Assembly: GCF_963921235.1 (NCBI RefSeq) | Contig: NC_086098.1 | Span: 1,488,001 to 1,552,000, forward strand | DNA: 64,000 nucleotides | Direction: 5' to 3' | DNA from: Mobula hypostoma | Taxonomy: Eukaryota | In this document: positions 32,401-44,400 of the stretch, piece by piece | Position numbering within the stretch: the first letter of the stretch is position 1 | Layout of the letters: each line of letters opens with the position of its first letter | Translations under genes and position numbers: made by a program | The notes under the pieces: generated by a model | The model's input: the letters and a program-made list of their open reading frames with translations, nothing else | Database searches by the model: none | What the model was told of the DNA's origin: nothing

Positions 32401-35400
32401 TTACTGAGTTCCCGGCATGCCATGTTAGAGTTACTGAGTTCCCGGCATGCCATGTTAGAGTAACTGAGTTCCCGGCATGCAATGTTAGAGTTACTGAGTT
32501 CCCGGCATGCCATGTTAGAGTTACTGAGTTCCTGGCATGCTACGTTAGAGTTACTGAGTTCCCGGCGTGCCATGTTAGAGTTACTGAGTTCCCGGCGTGC
32601 GACGGTAGAGTTACTGAGCTCCCGGCACGCTACGTTAGAGTTACTGAGTTCCTGGCATGCCATGTTAGAGTTACTGAGTTCTCAACATGCGATGTTAGAG
32701 TTACTGAGTTCCCGGCATGCCATGTTAGAGTTACTGAGTTCCCGGCATGCTATGTTAGAGTTACTGAGTTCCCGGCATGCCACATTAGAGTTACTGAGTT
32801 CTCGGCATGCCATGTTAGAGTTACTGAGTTCCCGGCATGCCATGTTGGAGTTACGGAGTTCCCGGCATGCTACGTTAGAGTTACTGTGTTCTCGACATGC
32901 CATGTTAGAGTTACCGAGTTCACGGCATGCTATGTTAGGGTTACTGAGTCCTCGGCATGCCATGTTAGAGTTACTGAGTTCCCGGCATGCTACGTTAGAG
33001 TTACTGAGTTCCCGGCATGCCATGTTAGAGTTACTGAGTTCTCGAAATGCCATGTTAGAGTTACTGAGATCCCGGCATGCCATGTTAGAGTTACTGAGTT
33101 CCCGGCACGCTATGTTAGAGTTACTGAGTTCCCGGCATGCTACGTTAGAGTTACTGAGTTCCCGGCATGCCATGTTAGAGTTACTGAGTTCTCGACATGC
33201 CATGTTAGAGTTACTGAGTTCCTGGCACGTTAGAGTTACTGAGTTCCCGGCATGCTATGTTAGAGTTACTGAGTTCTCGGCATGCCATGTCAGAGTTACT
33301 GAGTTCTTGGCGTGCGATGTTAGAGTTACTGAATTCCCGGCATGCCATGTTAGAGTTACTGAGTTCCCGGCATGCCACGTTAGAGTTACTGGGTTCTCAG
33401 CATGCCATGTTAGAGTTACTGAGTTCCCGGCATGCCACGTTAGAGTTACTGAGTCCCCGGCGTGCGATGTTAGAGTTACTGAGTTCCCAGCTCGCCACGC
33501 TAGAGTTACTGAGTTCCCGGCATGCCATGTTAGAGTTACTGAGTTCGCGGCATGCCATGTTAGAGTAACTGAGTTCCCGGCATGCAATGTTAGAGTTACT
33601 GAGTTCACGGCATGCCATGTTAGAGTACTGAGTTCCCGGCATGCCAAGTTAGAGTTACTGAGTTCCTGGCATGCTACGTTAGAGTTACTGAGTTCCCGGC
33701 ATGCCATGTTAGAGTTACTGAGTTCTCAACATGCGATGTTAGAGTTACTGAGTTCCCGGCATGCCATGTTAGAGTTACTGAGTTCCCGGCGTGCGATGTT
33801 AGAGTTACTGAGTTCCCGGCATGCTACGTTAGAGTTACTGAGTTCCTGGCATGCCATGTTAGAGTTACTGAGTTCTCAACATGCGATGTTAGAGTTACTG
33901 AGTTCCCGGCATGCCACGTTAGAGTTACTGAGTCCCCGGCGTGCGATGTTAGAGTTACTGAGTTCCCAGCTCGCCACGCTAGAGTTACTGAGTTCCCGGC
34001 ATGCCATGTTAGAGTTACTGAGTTCGCGGCATGCCATGTTAGAGTAACTGAGTTCCCGGCATGCAATGTTAGAGTTACTGAGTTCTCGGCATGCCATGTT
34101 AGAGTTACTGAGTTCCCGGCATGCCATGTTAGAGTTACTGAGTTCTCGACATGCCATGTTAGAGTTACTGAGTTCTCGACATGCCATGTTAGAGTTACTG
34201 AGTTCACGGCATGCCATGTTAGAGTTACTGAGTTCACGGCATGCCATGTTAGAGTTACTGAGTTCTCGGCATGCCATGTTAGAGTTACTGAGTTCCTGAC
34301 ACGTTAGAGTTACTGAGTTCCCGGCATGCTATGTTAGAGTTACTGAGTTCTCGGCATGCCATGTCAGAGTTACTGAGTTCTTGGCGTGCGATGTTAGAGT
34401 TACTGAATTCCCGGCATGCCATGTTAGAGTTACAGAGTTCCCGGCATGCCACGTTAGAGTTACTGAGTCCCCGGCGTGCAATGTTAGAGTTACTGAGTTC
34501 CCAGCTCGCCACGCTATAGTTACTGAGTTCCCGGCATGCCATGTTAGAGTTACTGAGTTCCCGGCATGCCATGTTAGAGTTACTGAGTTCGCGGCATGCC
34601 ATGTTAGAGTTATTGAGTTCTCGGCATGCCATGTTAGAGTAACTGAGTTCCCGGCATGCAATGTTAGAGTACTGAGTTCCCGGCATGCCACGTTAGAGTT
34701 ACTGAGTTCCCGGCATGCTACGTTAGAGTTACTGAGTTCCCGGCGTGCGATGTTAGAGTTACTGAGTTCCCGGCGTGCGATATTAGAGTTACTGAGTTCC
34801 CGGCACGCTACATTAGAGTTACTGAGTTCCTGGCATGCTACGTTAGAGTTACTGAGTTCCCGGCATGCCATGTTAGAGTTACTGAGTTCTCAACATGCGA
34901 TGTTAGAGTTACTGAGTTCCCGGCATGCCATGTTAGAGTTACTGAGTTCCCGGCATGCTATGTTAGACTTACTGAGTTCCCAGCACGCTACGTTAGAGTT
35001 ACTGAGTTCCCGGCATACCACATTAGAGTTACTGAGTTCTCGGCATGCCATGTTAGAGTTACTGAGTTCCCGGCATGCCATGTTAGAGTTACTGAGTTCC
35101 CGGCTAGCTATGTTAGAGTTACAGAGTTCCCAGCATGCTACGTTAGAGTTACTGAGTTCCTGGCATGCCACGTTAGAGTTACTGAGTTCCCGGCATGCCA
35201 TGTTAGAGTTACTGAGTTCTCGGCATGCCATGTTAGAGTTACTGAGTTCCCGGCATGCCATGTTAGAGTTACTGAGTTCTCGGCATGCGATGTTAGAGTT
35301 ACTGAGTTCCTGGCATGCTACGTTAGAGTTACTGAGTTCCCGGCATGCCATGTTAGAGTAACTGAGTTCCCGGCATGCAATGTTAGAGTTACTGAGTTCC

Positions 35401-38400
35401 CGGCATGCCATGTTAGAGTTACTGAGTTCCCGGCATGCCATGTTAGAGTAACTGAGTTCCTGGCATGCAATGTTAGAGTTACTGAGTTCCCGGCATGCCA
35501 TGTTAGAGTTACTGAGTTCCTGGCATGCTACGTTAGAGTTACTGAGTTCCCGGCGTGCCATTTTAGAGTTACTGAGTTCACGGCGTGCGATGTTAGAGTT
35601 ACTGAGTTCCCGGCACGCTACGTTAGAGTTACTGAGTTACTGGCATGCAACGTTAGAGTTACTGAGTTGCCGGCATGCTATGTTAGAGTTACTGAGTTCC
35701 CAGCACGCTACGTTAGAGTTACTGAGTTCCCGGCATACCACATTAGAGTTACTGAGTTCTCGGCATGCCATGTTAGAGTTACTGAGTTCCCGGCATGCCA
35801 TGTTAGAGTTACTGAGTTCTCGAAATGCCATGTTAGAGTTACTGAGTTCCCGGCATGCCATGTTAGAGTTACTGAGTTCCCGGCTAGCTATGTTAGAGTT
35901 ACTGAGTTCCCAGCATGCTACGTTAGAGTTACTGAGTTCCTGGCATGCCACGTTAGAGTTACTGAGTTCCCGGCATGCCATGTTAGAGTTACTGAGTTCT
36001 CGGCATGCCATGTTAGAGTTACTGAGTTCCCGGCATGCCATGTTAGAGTTACTGAGTTCTCGGCATGCGATGTTAGAGTTACTGAGTTCCTGGCATGCTA
36101 CGTTAGAGTTACTGAGTTCCCGGCATGCCATGTTAGAGTAACTGAGTTCCCGGCATGCAATGTTAGAGTTACTGAGTTCCCGGCATGCCATGTTAGAGTT
36201 ACTGAGTTCCCGGCATGCCATGTTAGAGTAACTGAGTTCCCGGCATGCAATGTTAGAGTTACTGAGTTCCCGGCATGCCATGTTAGAGTTACTGAGTTCC
36301 TGGCATGCTACGTTAGAGTTACTGAGTTCCCGGCGTGCCATGTTAGAGTTACTGAGTTCCCGGCGTGCGACGTTAGAGTTACTGAGCTCCCGGCACGCTA
36401 CGTTAGAGTTACTGAGTTCCTGGCATGCCATGTTAGAGTTACTGAGTTCTCAACATGCGATGTTAGAGTTACTGAGTTCCCGGCATGCCATGTTAGAGTT
36501 ACTGAGTTCCCGGCATGCTATGTTAGAGTTACTGAGTTCCCGGCATGCCACATTAGAGTTACTGAGTTCTCGGCATGCCATGTTAGATTTACTGAGTTCC
36601 CGGCATGCCATGTTGGAGTTACTGAGTTCCCGGCATGCTACGTTAGAGTTACTGTGTTCTCGACATGCCATGTTAGAGTTACCGAGTTCACGGCATGCTA
36701 TGTTAGGGTTACTGAGTCCTCGGCATGCCATGTTAGAGTTACTGAGTTCCCGGCATGCTACGTTAGAGTTACTGAGTTCCCGGCATGCCATGTTAGAGTT
36801 ACTGAGTTCTCGAAATGCCATGTTAGAGTTACTGAGTTCCCGGCATGCCATGTTAGAGTTACTGAGTTCCCGGCACGCTATGTTAGAGTTACTGAGTTCC
36901 CGGCATGCTACGTTAGAGTTACTGAGTTCCTGGCATGCCACGTTAGAGTTACTGAGTTCCCGGCATGCCATGTTAGAGTTACTGAGTTCTCAACATGCGA
37001 TGTTAGAGTTACTGAGTTCCCGGCATGCCATGTTAGAGTTACTGAGTTCCCGGCATGCTATGTTAGAGTTACTGAGTTCCCGGCATGCCGCATTAGAGTT
37101 ACTGAGTTCTCGGCATGCCATGTTAGAGTTACTGAATTCCCGGCATGCCATGTTAGAGTTACTGAGTTCTCAACATGCGAGTTAGAGTTACTGAGTTCCC
37201 GGCATGCCATGTTAGAGTTACTGAGTTCCCGGCATGCTATGTTAGAGTAACTGAGTTCCCGGCATGCCATGTTAGAGTTACTGAGTTCTCGGCATGCCAT
37301 GTTAGAGTTACTGAGTTCTCGGCATGCCATGTTAGAGTAACTGAGTTCCCGGCATGCAATCTTAGAGTTACTGAGTTCTCGGCATGCAATGTTAGAGTTA
37401 CTGAGATCCCGGCATGCAATGTTAGAGTTACTGAGTTCCCGGCATGCTACGTTAGAGTTACTGAGTTCCCGGCGTGCCATGTTAGAGTTACTGAGTTCCC
37501 GGCATGCTATGTTAGAGTTACTGAGTTCTCACCATGCCATGTTAGAGTTACTGAGTTCCCGGCATGCTATGTTAGAGTTACTGAGTTCCCGGCATGCCAC
37601 GTTAGAGTTACTGAGTTCTCGGCATGCCATGTTAGAGTTACTGAGTTCCCGGCATGCCATGTTAGAGTTACTGAGTTCTCGAAATGCCATGTTAGAGTTA
37701 CTGAGTTCCCGGCATGCCATGTTAGAGTTACTGAGTTCCCGGCATGCCCTGTTAGAGTTACTGAGTTCTCGGCATGCCATGTTAGAGTTACTGAGTTCCC
37801 GGCATGCCATGTTAGAGTTACTGAGTTCTCGAAATGCCATGTTAGAGTTACTGAGTTCCCGGCATGCCATGTTAGAGTTACTGAGTTCCCGGCATGCCCT
37901 GATAGAGTTACTGAGTTCCCGGCATGCTACGTTAGAGTTACTGAGTTCCCGGCGTGCCATGTTAGAGTTACTGAGTTCTCACCATGCCACGTTAGAGTTA
38001 CCGTGTTCTCGACATGTCATGTTAGAGTTACTGAGTTATCGGCATGCTATGTTAGAGTTACTGAGTTCCCGGCATGCTACGTCAGAGTTACTGAGTTCCC
38101 GGCATGCTATGCTCGAGTTACTGAGTTCTCGCCATGCCATGTTAAAGTTACTGAGTTCTCAACATACCACGTTAGAGTTACCGTGTTCTCGACATGTCAT
38201 GTTAGAGTTACTGAGTTCTCGGCATGCTATGTTAGAGTTACTGAGTTCCCGGCATGCTACGTTAGAGTTACTGAGTTCCCGGCATGCTATGCTCGAGTTA
38301 CTGAGTTCCCGGCATGCCATGTTAGAGTTACTGAGTTCTCGGCGTGCAATGTTTGAGTTACTGATTTCCCGGCGTGCCATTTTAGAGTTACTGAGTTCCC

Positions 38401-41400
38401 GGCGTGCGATGTTAGAGTTACTGAGTTCCCGGCACGCTACGTTAGAGTTACTGAGTTCCTGGCATGCTACGTTAGAGTTACTGAGTTCCCGGCATGCCAT
38501 GTTAGAGTTACTGAGTTCTCAACATGCCATGTTAGAGTTACTGAGTTCCCGGCATGCCATGTTAGAGTTACTGAGTTCGCGGCATGCTATGTTAGAGTTA
38601 CGGAGTTCTCGGCATGCCATGTTAGAGTTACTGAGTTCCCGGCATGCCATGTTGGAGTTACTGAGTTTCCGGCATGCTACGTTAGAGTTACTGAGTTCCC
38701 GGCGTGCGATGTTAGAGTAACTGAGTTCCCGGCATGCTATGTTAGAGTAACTGAGTTCCCAGCATGCCATGTTAGAGTTACTGAGTTCCCGGCATGCCAT
38801 GTTGGAGTTACTGAGTTCCCGGCATACCACGTTAGAGTTACTGAGTTCCCGGCATGCCACGTTAGAGTTACTGAGTTCTCGGCATGCCATGTTAGAGTTA
38901 CTGAGTTCCCGACATGCCATGTTAGAGTTACTGAGTTTATGGCATGCCATGTTAGAGTTACTGAGTTCTCGGCATGCCATGTTAGAGTTACTGAGTTCTC
39001 ACCATGCCACGTTAGAGTTACTGAGTTCCCGGCATGCCATGTTAGTGTTACTGAGTTCCCGGCATACTACGTTAGAGTTACTGAGTTCCTTGCATGCTAT
39101 GTTAGATTTACTGTGTTCTCAGGACGCTCCGTTAGAGTTACTGAGTTCTCGGCATGCTATGTTAGAGTTACTGAGTTCCCGGCGTGCTATGTTAGAGTTA
39201 CTGAGTTCCCGGCGTGCTACGTTAGAGCTACTGAGTTCCCGGCATGCCATTTTAGGGTTAATGAGTTCCCGACATGCGATGTTAGAGTTACTGAGTTCCC
39301 GGCATGCCATGTTAGAGTTACTGAGTTCCCGGCATGCTACGTTAGAGTTACTGAGTTCGCGGCATGCTATGTTAGAGTTACGGAGTTCTCGGCATGCCAT
39401 GTTAGAGTTACTGAGTTCCCGGCATGCCATGTTGGAGTTACTGAGTTTCCGGCATGCTACGTTAGCGTTACTGTGTTCTCGACATGCCATGTTAGAGTTA
39501 CTGAGTTCCCGACGTGCCATGTTAGAGTTACTGAGTTCCCGGCGTGCCATGTTAGAGTTACTGAGTTCTCGGCATGCAATGTTAGAGTTACTGAGTTCCC
39601 GGCGTGCCATGTTAGAGTTACTGTGTTCTCGACATGCCATGTTACAATTACTGAGTTCTCGGCGTGCTATGTTAGAGTTACGGAGTTCCCGGCATGCCAT
39701 GTTAGAGTTACTGAGTTCCCGGCGTGCCATGTTAGAGTTACTGAGTTCTCACCATGCCACGTTAGAGTTACCGTGTTCTCGACATGTCATGTTAGAGTTA
39801 CTGAGTTATCGGCATGCTATGTTAGAGTTACTGAGTTCCCGGCATGCTACGTCAGAGTTACTGAGTTCCCGGCATGCTATGCTCGAGTTACTGAGTTCCC
39901 GGCATGCCATCTTAGAGTTACTGAGTTCTCACCATGCCACGTTAGAGTTACCGTGTTCTCGACATGTCATGTTAGAGTTACTGAGTTCTCGGCATGCTAT
40001 GTTAGAGTTACTGAGTTCCCGGCATGCTACGTCAGAGTTACTGAGTTCCCGGCATGCTATGCTCGAGTTACTGAGTTCCCGGCATGCCATGTTAGAGTTA
40101 CTGAGTTCTCGGCGTGCAATGTTTGAGTTACTGAGTTCCCGGCGTGCCATTTTAGAGTTACTGAGTTCCCGGCGTGCGATGTTAGAGTTACTGAGTTCCC
40201 GGCACGCTACGTTAGAGTTACTGAGTTCCTGGCATGCTACGTTAGAGTTACTGAGTTCCTGGCATGCCATGTTAGAGTTACTGAGTTCTCAACATGCCAT
40301 GTTAGAGTTACTGAGTTCCCGGCATGCCATGTTAGAGTTACTGAGTTCGCGGCATGCTATGTTAGAGTTACGGAGTTCTCGGCATGCCATGTTAGAGTTA
40401 CTGAGTTCCCGGCATGCCATGTTGGAGTTACTGAGTTTCCGGCATGCTACGTTAGAGTTACTGAGTTCTCAACATGCGATGTTAGAGTAACTGAGTTCCC
40501 GGCATGCTATGTTAGAGTAACTGAGTTCCCTGCATGCCATGTTAGAGTTACTGAGTTCCCGGCATGCCATGTTGGAGTTACTGAGTTCCCGGCATGCTAC
40601 GTTAGAGTTACTGAGTTCCCGGCATGCCACGTTAGAGTTACTGAGTTCTCGGCATGCCATGTTAGAGTTACTGAGTTCCCGACATGCGATGTTAGAGTTA
40701 CTGAGTTTATGGCATGCCATGTTAGAGTTACTGAGTTCTCGGCATGCCATGTTAGAGTTACTGAGTTCTCACCATGCCACGTTAGAGTTACTGAGTTCCC
40801 GGCATGCCATGTTAGAGTTACTGAGTTCCCGGCATACTACGTTAGAGTTACTGAGTTCCCGGCATGCTATGTTAGATTTACTGTGTTCTCAGGACGCTCC
40901 GTTAGAGTTACTGAGTTCTCGGCATGCAATGTTAGAGTTACTGTGCTCCCGGCATTATATGTTAGAGTTACTGAGTTCCCGGCATGCTATGTTAGAGTTA
41001 CTGAGTTCCCGGCGTGCTACGTTAGAGCTACTGAGTTCCCGGCATGCCATTTTAGGGTTAATGAGTTCCCGACATGCGATGTTAGAGTTACTGAGTTCCC
41101 GGCATGCCATGTTAGAGTTACTGAGTTCCCGGCATGCTACGTTAGAGTTACTGAGTTCGCGGCATGCTATGTTAGAGTTACGGAGTTCTCGGCCTGCCAT
41201 GTTAGAGTTACTGAGTTCCCGGCATGCCATGTTGGAGTTACTGAGTTTCCGGCATGCTACGTTAGCGTTACTGTGTTCTCGACATGCCATGTTAGAGTTA
41301 CTGAGTTCCCGACGTGCCATGTTAGAGTTACTGAGTTCCCGGCGTGCCATGTTAGAGTTACTGTGTTCTCGACATGCCATGTTACAATTACTGAGTTCTC

Positions 41401-44400
41401 GGCGTGCTATGTTAGAGTTACGGAGTTCCCGGCATGCCATGTTAGAGTTACTGAGTTCCCGGCGTGCCATGTTAGAGTTACTGAGTTCCCGGCGTGCGAT
41501 GTTAGAGTTACTGAGTTCCCGGCACGCTACGTTAGAGTTACTGAGTTCCTGGCATGCTACGTTAGAGTTACTGAGTTCCCGGCATGCCATGTTAGAGTTA
41601 CTGAGTTCTCAACATGCGATGTTAGAGTTACTGAGTTCCCGGCATGCCATGTTAGAGTTACTGAGTTCCCGGCGTGCCATGTTAGAGTTACTGAGTTCCC
41701 GGCGTGCGATGTTTGAGTTACTGAGTTCCCGGCACGCTACGTTAGAGTTACTGAGTTCCTGGCATGCTATGTTAGAGTTACTGAGTTCCCGGCATGTCAT
41801 GTTAGAGTTACTGAGTTCTCAACATGCGATGTTAGAGTTACTGAGTTCCCGGCATGCCATGTTAGAGTTACTGAGTTCCCGGCATGCTATGTTAGAGTTA
41901 CTGAGTTCCCGGCATGCCACGTTAGAGTTACTGAGTTCTCGGCATGCCATGTTAGAGTTACTGAGTTCCCGGCTTGCCATGTTAGAGTTACTGAGTTCTC
42001 GAAATGCCATGTTAGAGTACTGAGTTCCCGGCATGCCATGTTAGAGTTACTGAGTTCCCCGCACGCTATGTTAGAGTTACTGAGTTCCCGGCATGCTATG
42101 TTAGAGTTACTGAGTTCCCGGCATGCTACGTTAGAGTTACTGAGTTCCTGGCATGCCACGTTAGAGTTACTGAGTTCCCGGCATGCCATGTTAGAGTTAC
42201 TGAGTTCCAAACATGCTACGTTAGAGTTACTGAGTTCCTGGCATGCCACGTTAGAGTTACTGAGTTCCCGGCATACCATGTTAGAGTTACTGAGTTCTCA
42301 ACATGCGATGTTAGAGTTACTGAGTTCCCGGCATGCCATGTTAGAGTTACTGAGTTCCCGGCATGCCATGTTAGAGTTACTGAGTTCCAAACATGCTACG
42401 TTAGAGTTACTGAGTTCCTGGCATGCCACGTTAGAGTTACTGAGTTCCCGGCATACCATGTTAGAGTTACTGAGTTCTCAACATGCGATGTTAGAGTTAC
42501 TGAGTTCCCGGCATACCATGTTAGAGTTACTGAGTTCCCGGCATGCTATGTTAGAGTAACTGAGTTCCCGGCATGCCATGTTAGAGTTACTGAGTTCCCA
42601 GCATGCCATGTTAGAGTTACTGAGTTCTCGGCATGCCATGTTAGAGTAACTGAGTTCCCGGCATGCAATCTTAGAGTTACTGAGTTCTCGGCATGCAATG
42701 TTAGAGTTACTGAGATCCCGGCATGCAATGTTAGAGTTACTGAGTTCCCGGCATGCTACGTTAGAGTTACTGAGTTCCCGGCGTGCCATGTTAGAGTTAC
42801 TGAGTTCCCGGCATGCTATGTTACAGTTACTGAGTTCTCACCATGCCATGTTAGAGTTACTGAGTTCCCGGCATGCTATGTTAGAGTTACTGAGTTCCCG
42901 GCATTCCACGTTAGAGTTACTGAGTTCTCGGCATGCCATGTTAGAGTTACTGAGTTCCCGGCATGCCATGTTAGAGTTACTGAGTTCTCGAAATGCCATG
43001 TTAGAGTTACTGAGTTCCCGGCATGCCATGTTAGAGTTACTGAGTTCCCGGCATGCCATGTTAGAGTTACTGAGTTCCCGGCATGCCATGTTAGAGTTAC
43101 TGAGTTCCCGGCATGCTACGTTAGAGTTACTGAGTTCCCGGCATGCCATGTTAGAGTTACTGAGTTCTCAACATGCCATGTTAGAGTTACTGAGTTCCCG
43201 GCATGCCATGTTAGAGTTACTGAGTTCGCGGCATGCTATGTTAGAGTTACGGAGTTCTCGGCATGCCATGTTAGAGTTACTGAGTTCCCGGCATGCCATG
43301 TTGGAGTTACTGAGTTTCCGGCATGCTACGTTAGAGTTACTGAGTTCTCAACATGCGATGTTAGAGTAACTGAGTTCCCGGCATGCTATGTTAGAGTAAC
43401 TGAGTTCCCAGCATGCCATGTTAGAGTTACTGAGTTCCCGGCATGCTACGTTAGAGTTACTGAGTTCCCGGCATGCCACGTTAGAGTTACTGAGTTCTCG
43501 GCATGCCATGTTAGAGTTACTGAGTTCCCGACATGCGATGTTAGAGTTACTGAGTTTATGGCATGCCATGTTAGAGTTACTGAGTTCTCGGCATGCCATG
43601 ATAGAGTTAATGAGTTCTCGGCATGCTATGTTAGATTTACTGTGTTCTCAGGACGCTCCGTTAGAGTTACTGAGTTCTCGGCATGCAATGTTAGAGTTAC
43701 TGTGCTCCCGGCATGCCATGTTAGAGTTACTGAGTTCTCGACATGCCATGTTAGAGTTACTGAGTTCCCGGCATTATATGTTAGAGTTACTGAGTTCCCG
43801 GCGTGCTATGTTAGAGTTACTGAGTTCCCGGCGTGCTACGTTAGAGCTACTGAGTTCCCGGCATGCCATTTTAGGGTTAATGAGTTCCCGACATGCGATG
43901 TTAGAGTTACTGAGTTCCCGGCATGCCATGTTAGAGTTCCTGCGTTACCGGCATGCTATGTTAGAGTTACTGAGTTCTCGGCATGCTATGTTATGGTTAC
44001 TGAGTCCTCGGCATGCCATGTTAGAGTTACTGAGTTCCCGGCATGCTACGTTAGAGTTACTGAGTTCCCGGCATGCTACGTTAGAGTTACTGAGTTCCCG
44101 GCATGCCATGTTAGAGTTACTGAGTTCTCGGCATGCGATGTTAGAGTTACTGAGTTCCCGGCATGCCATGTTAGAGTTACTGAGTTCCCGGCATGCTATG
44201 TTAGAGTTACTGAGTTCCCGGCATGCTACGTTAGAGTTACTGAGTTCCTGGCATGCCACGTTAGAGTTACTGAGTTCCCGGCATGCCATGTTAGAGTTAC
44301 TGAGTTCTCAACATGCGATGTTAGAGTTACTGAGTTCCCGGCATGCCATGTTAGAGTTACTGAGTTCCCGGCATGCAATGTTAGAGTTACTGAGTTCCCG

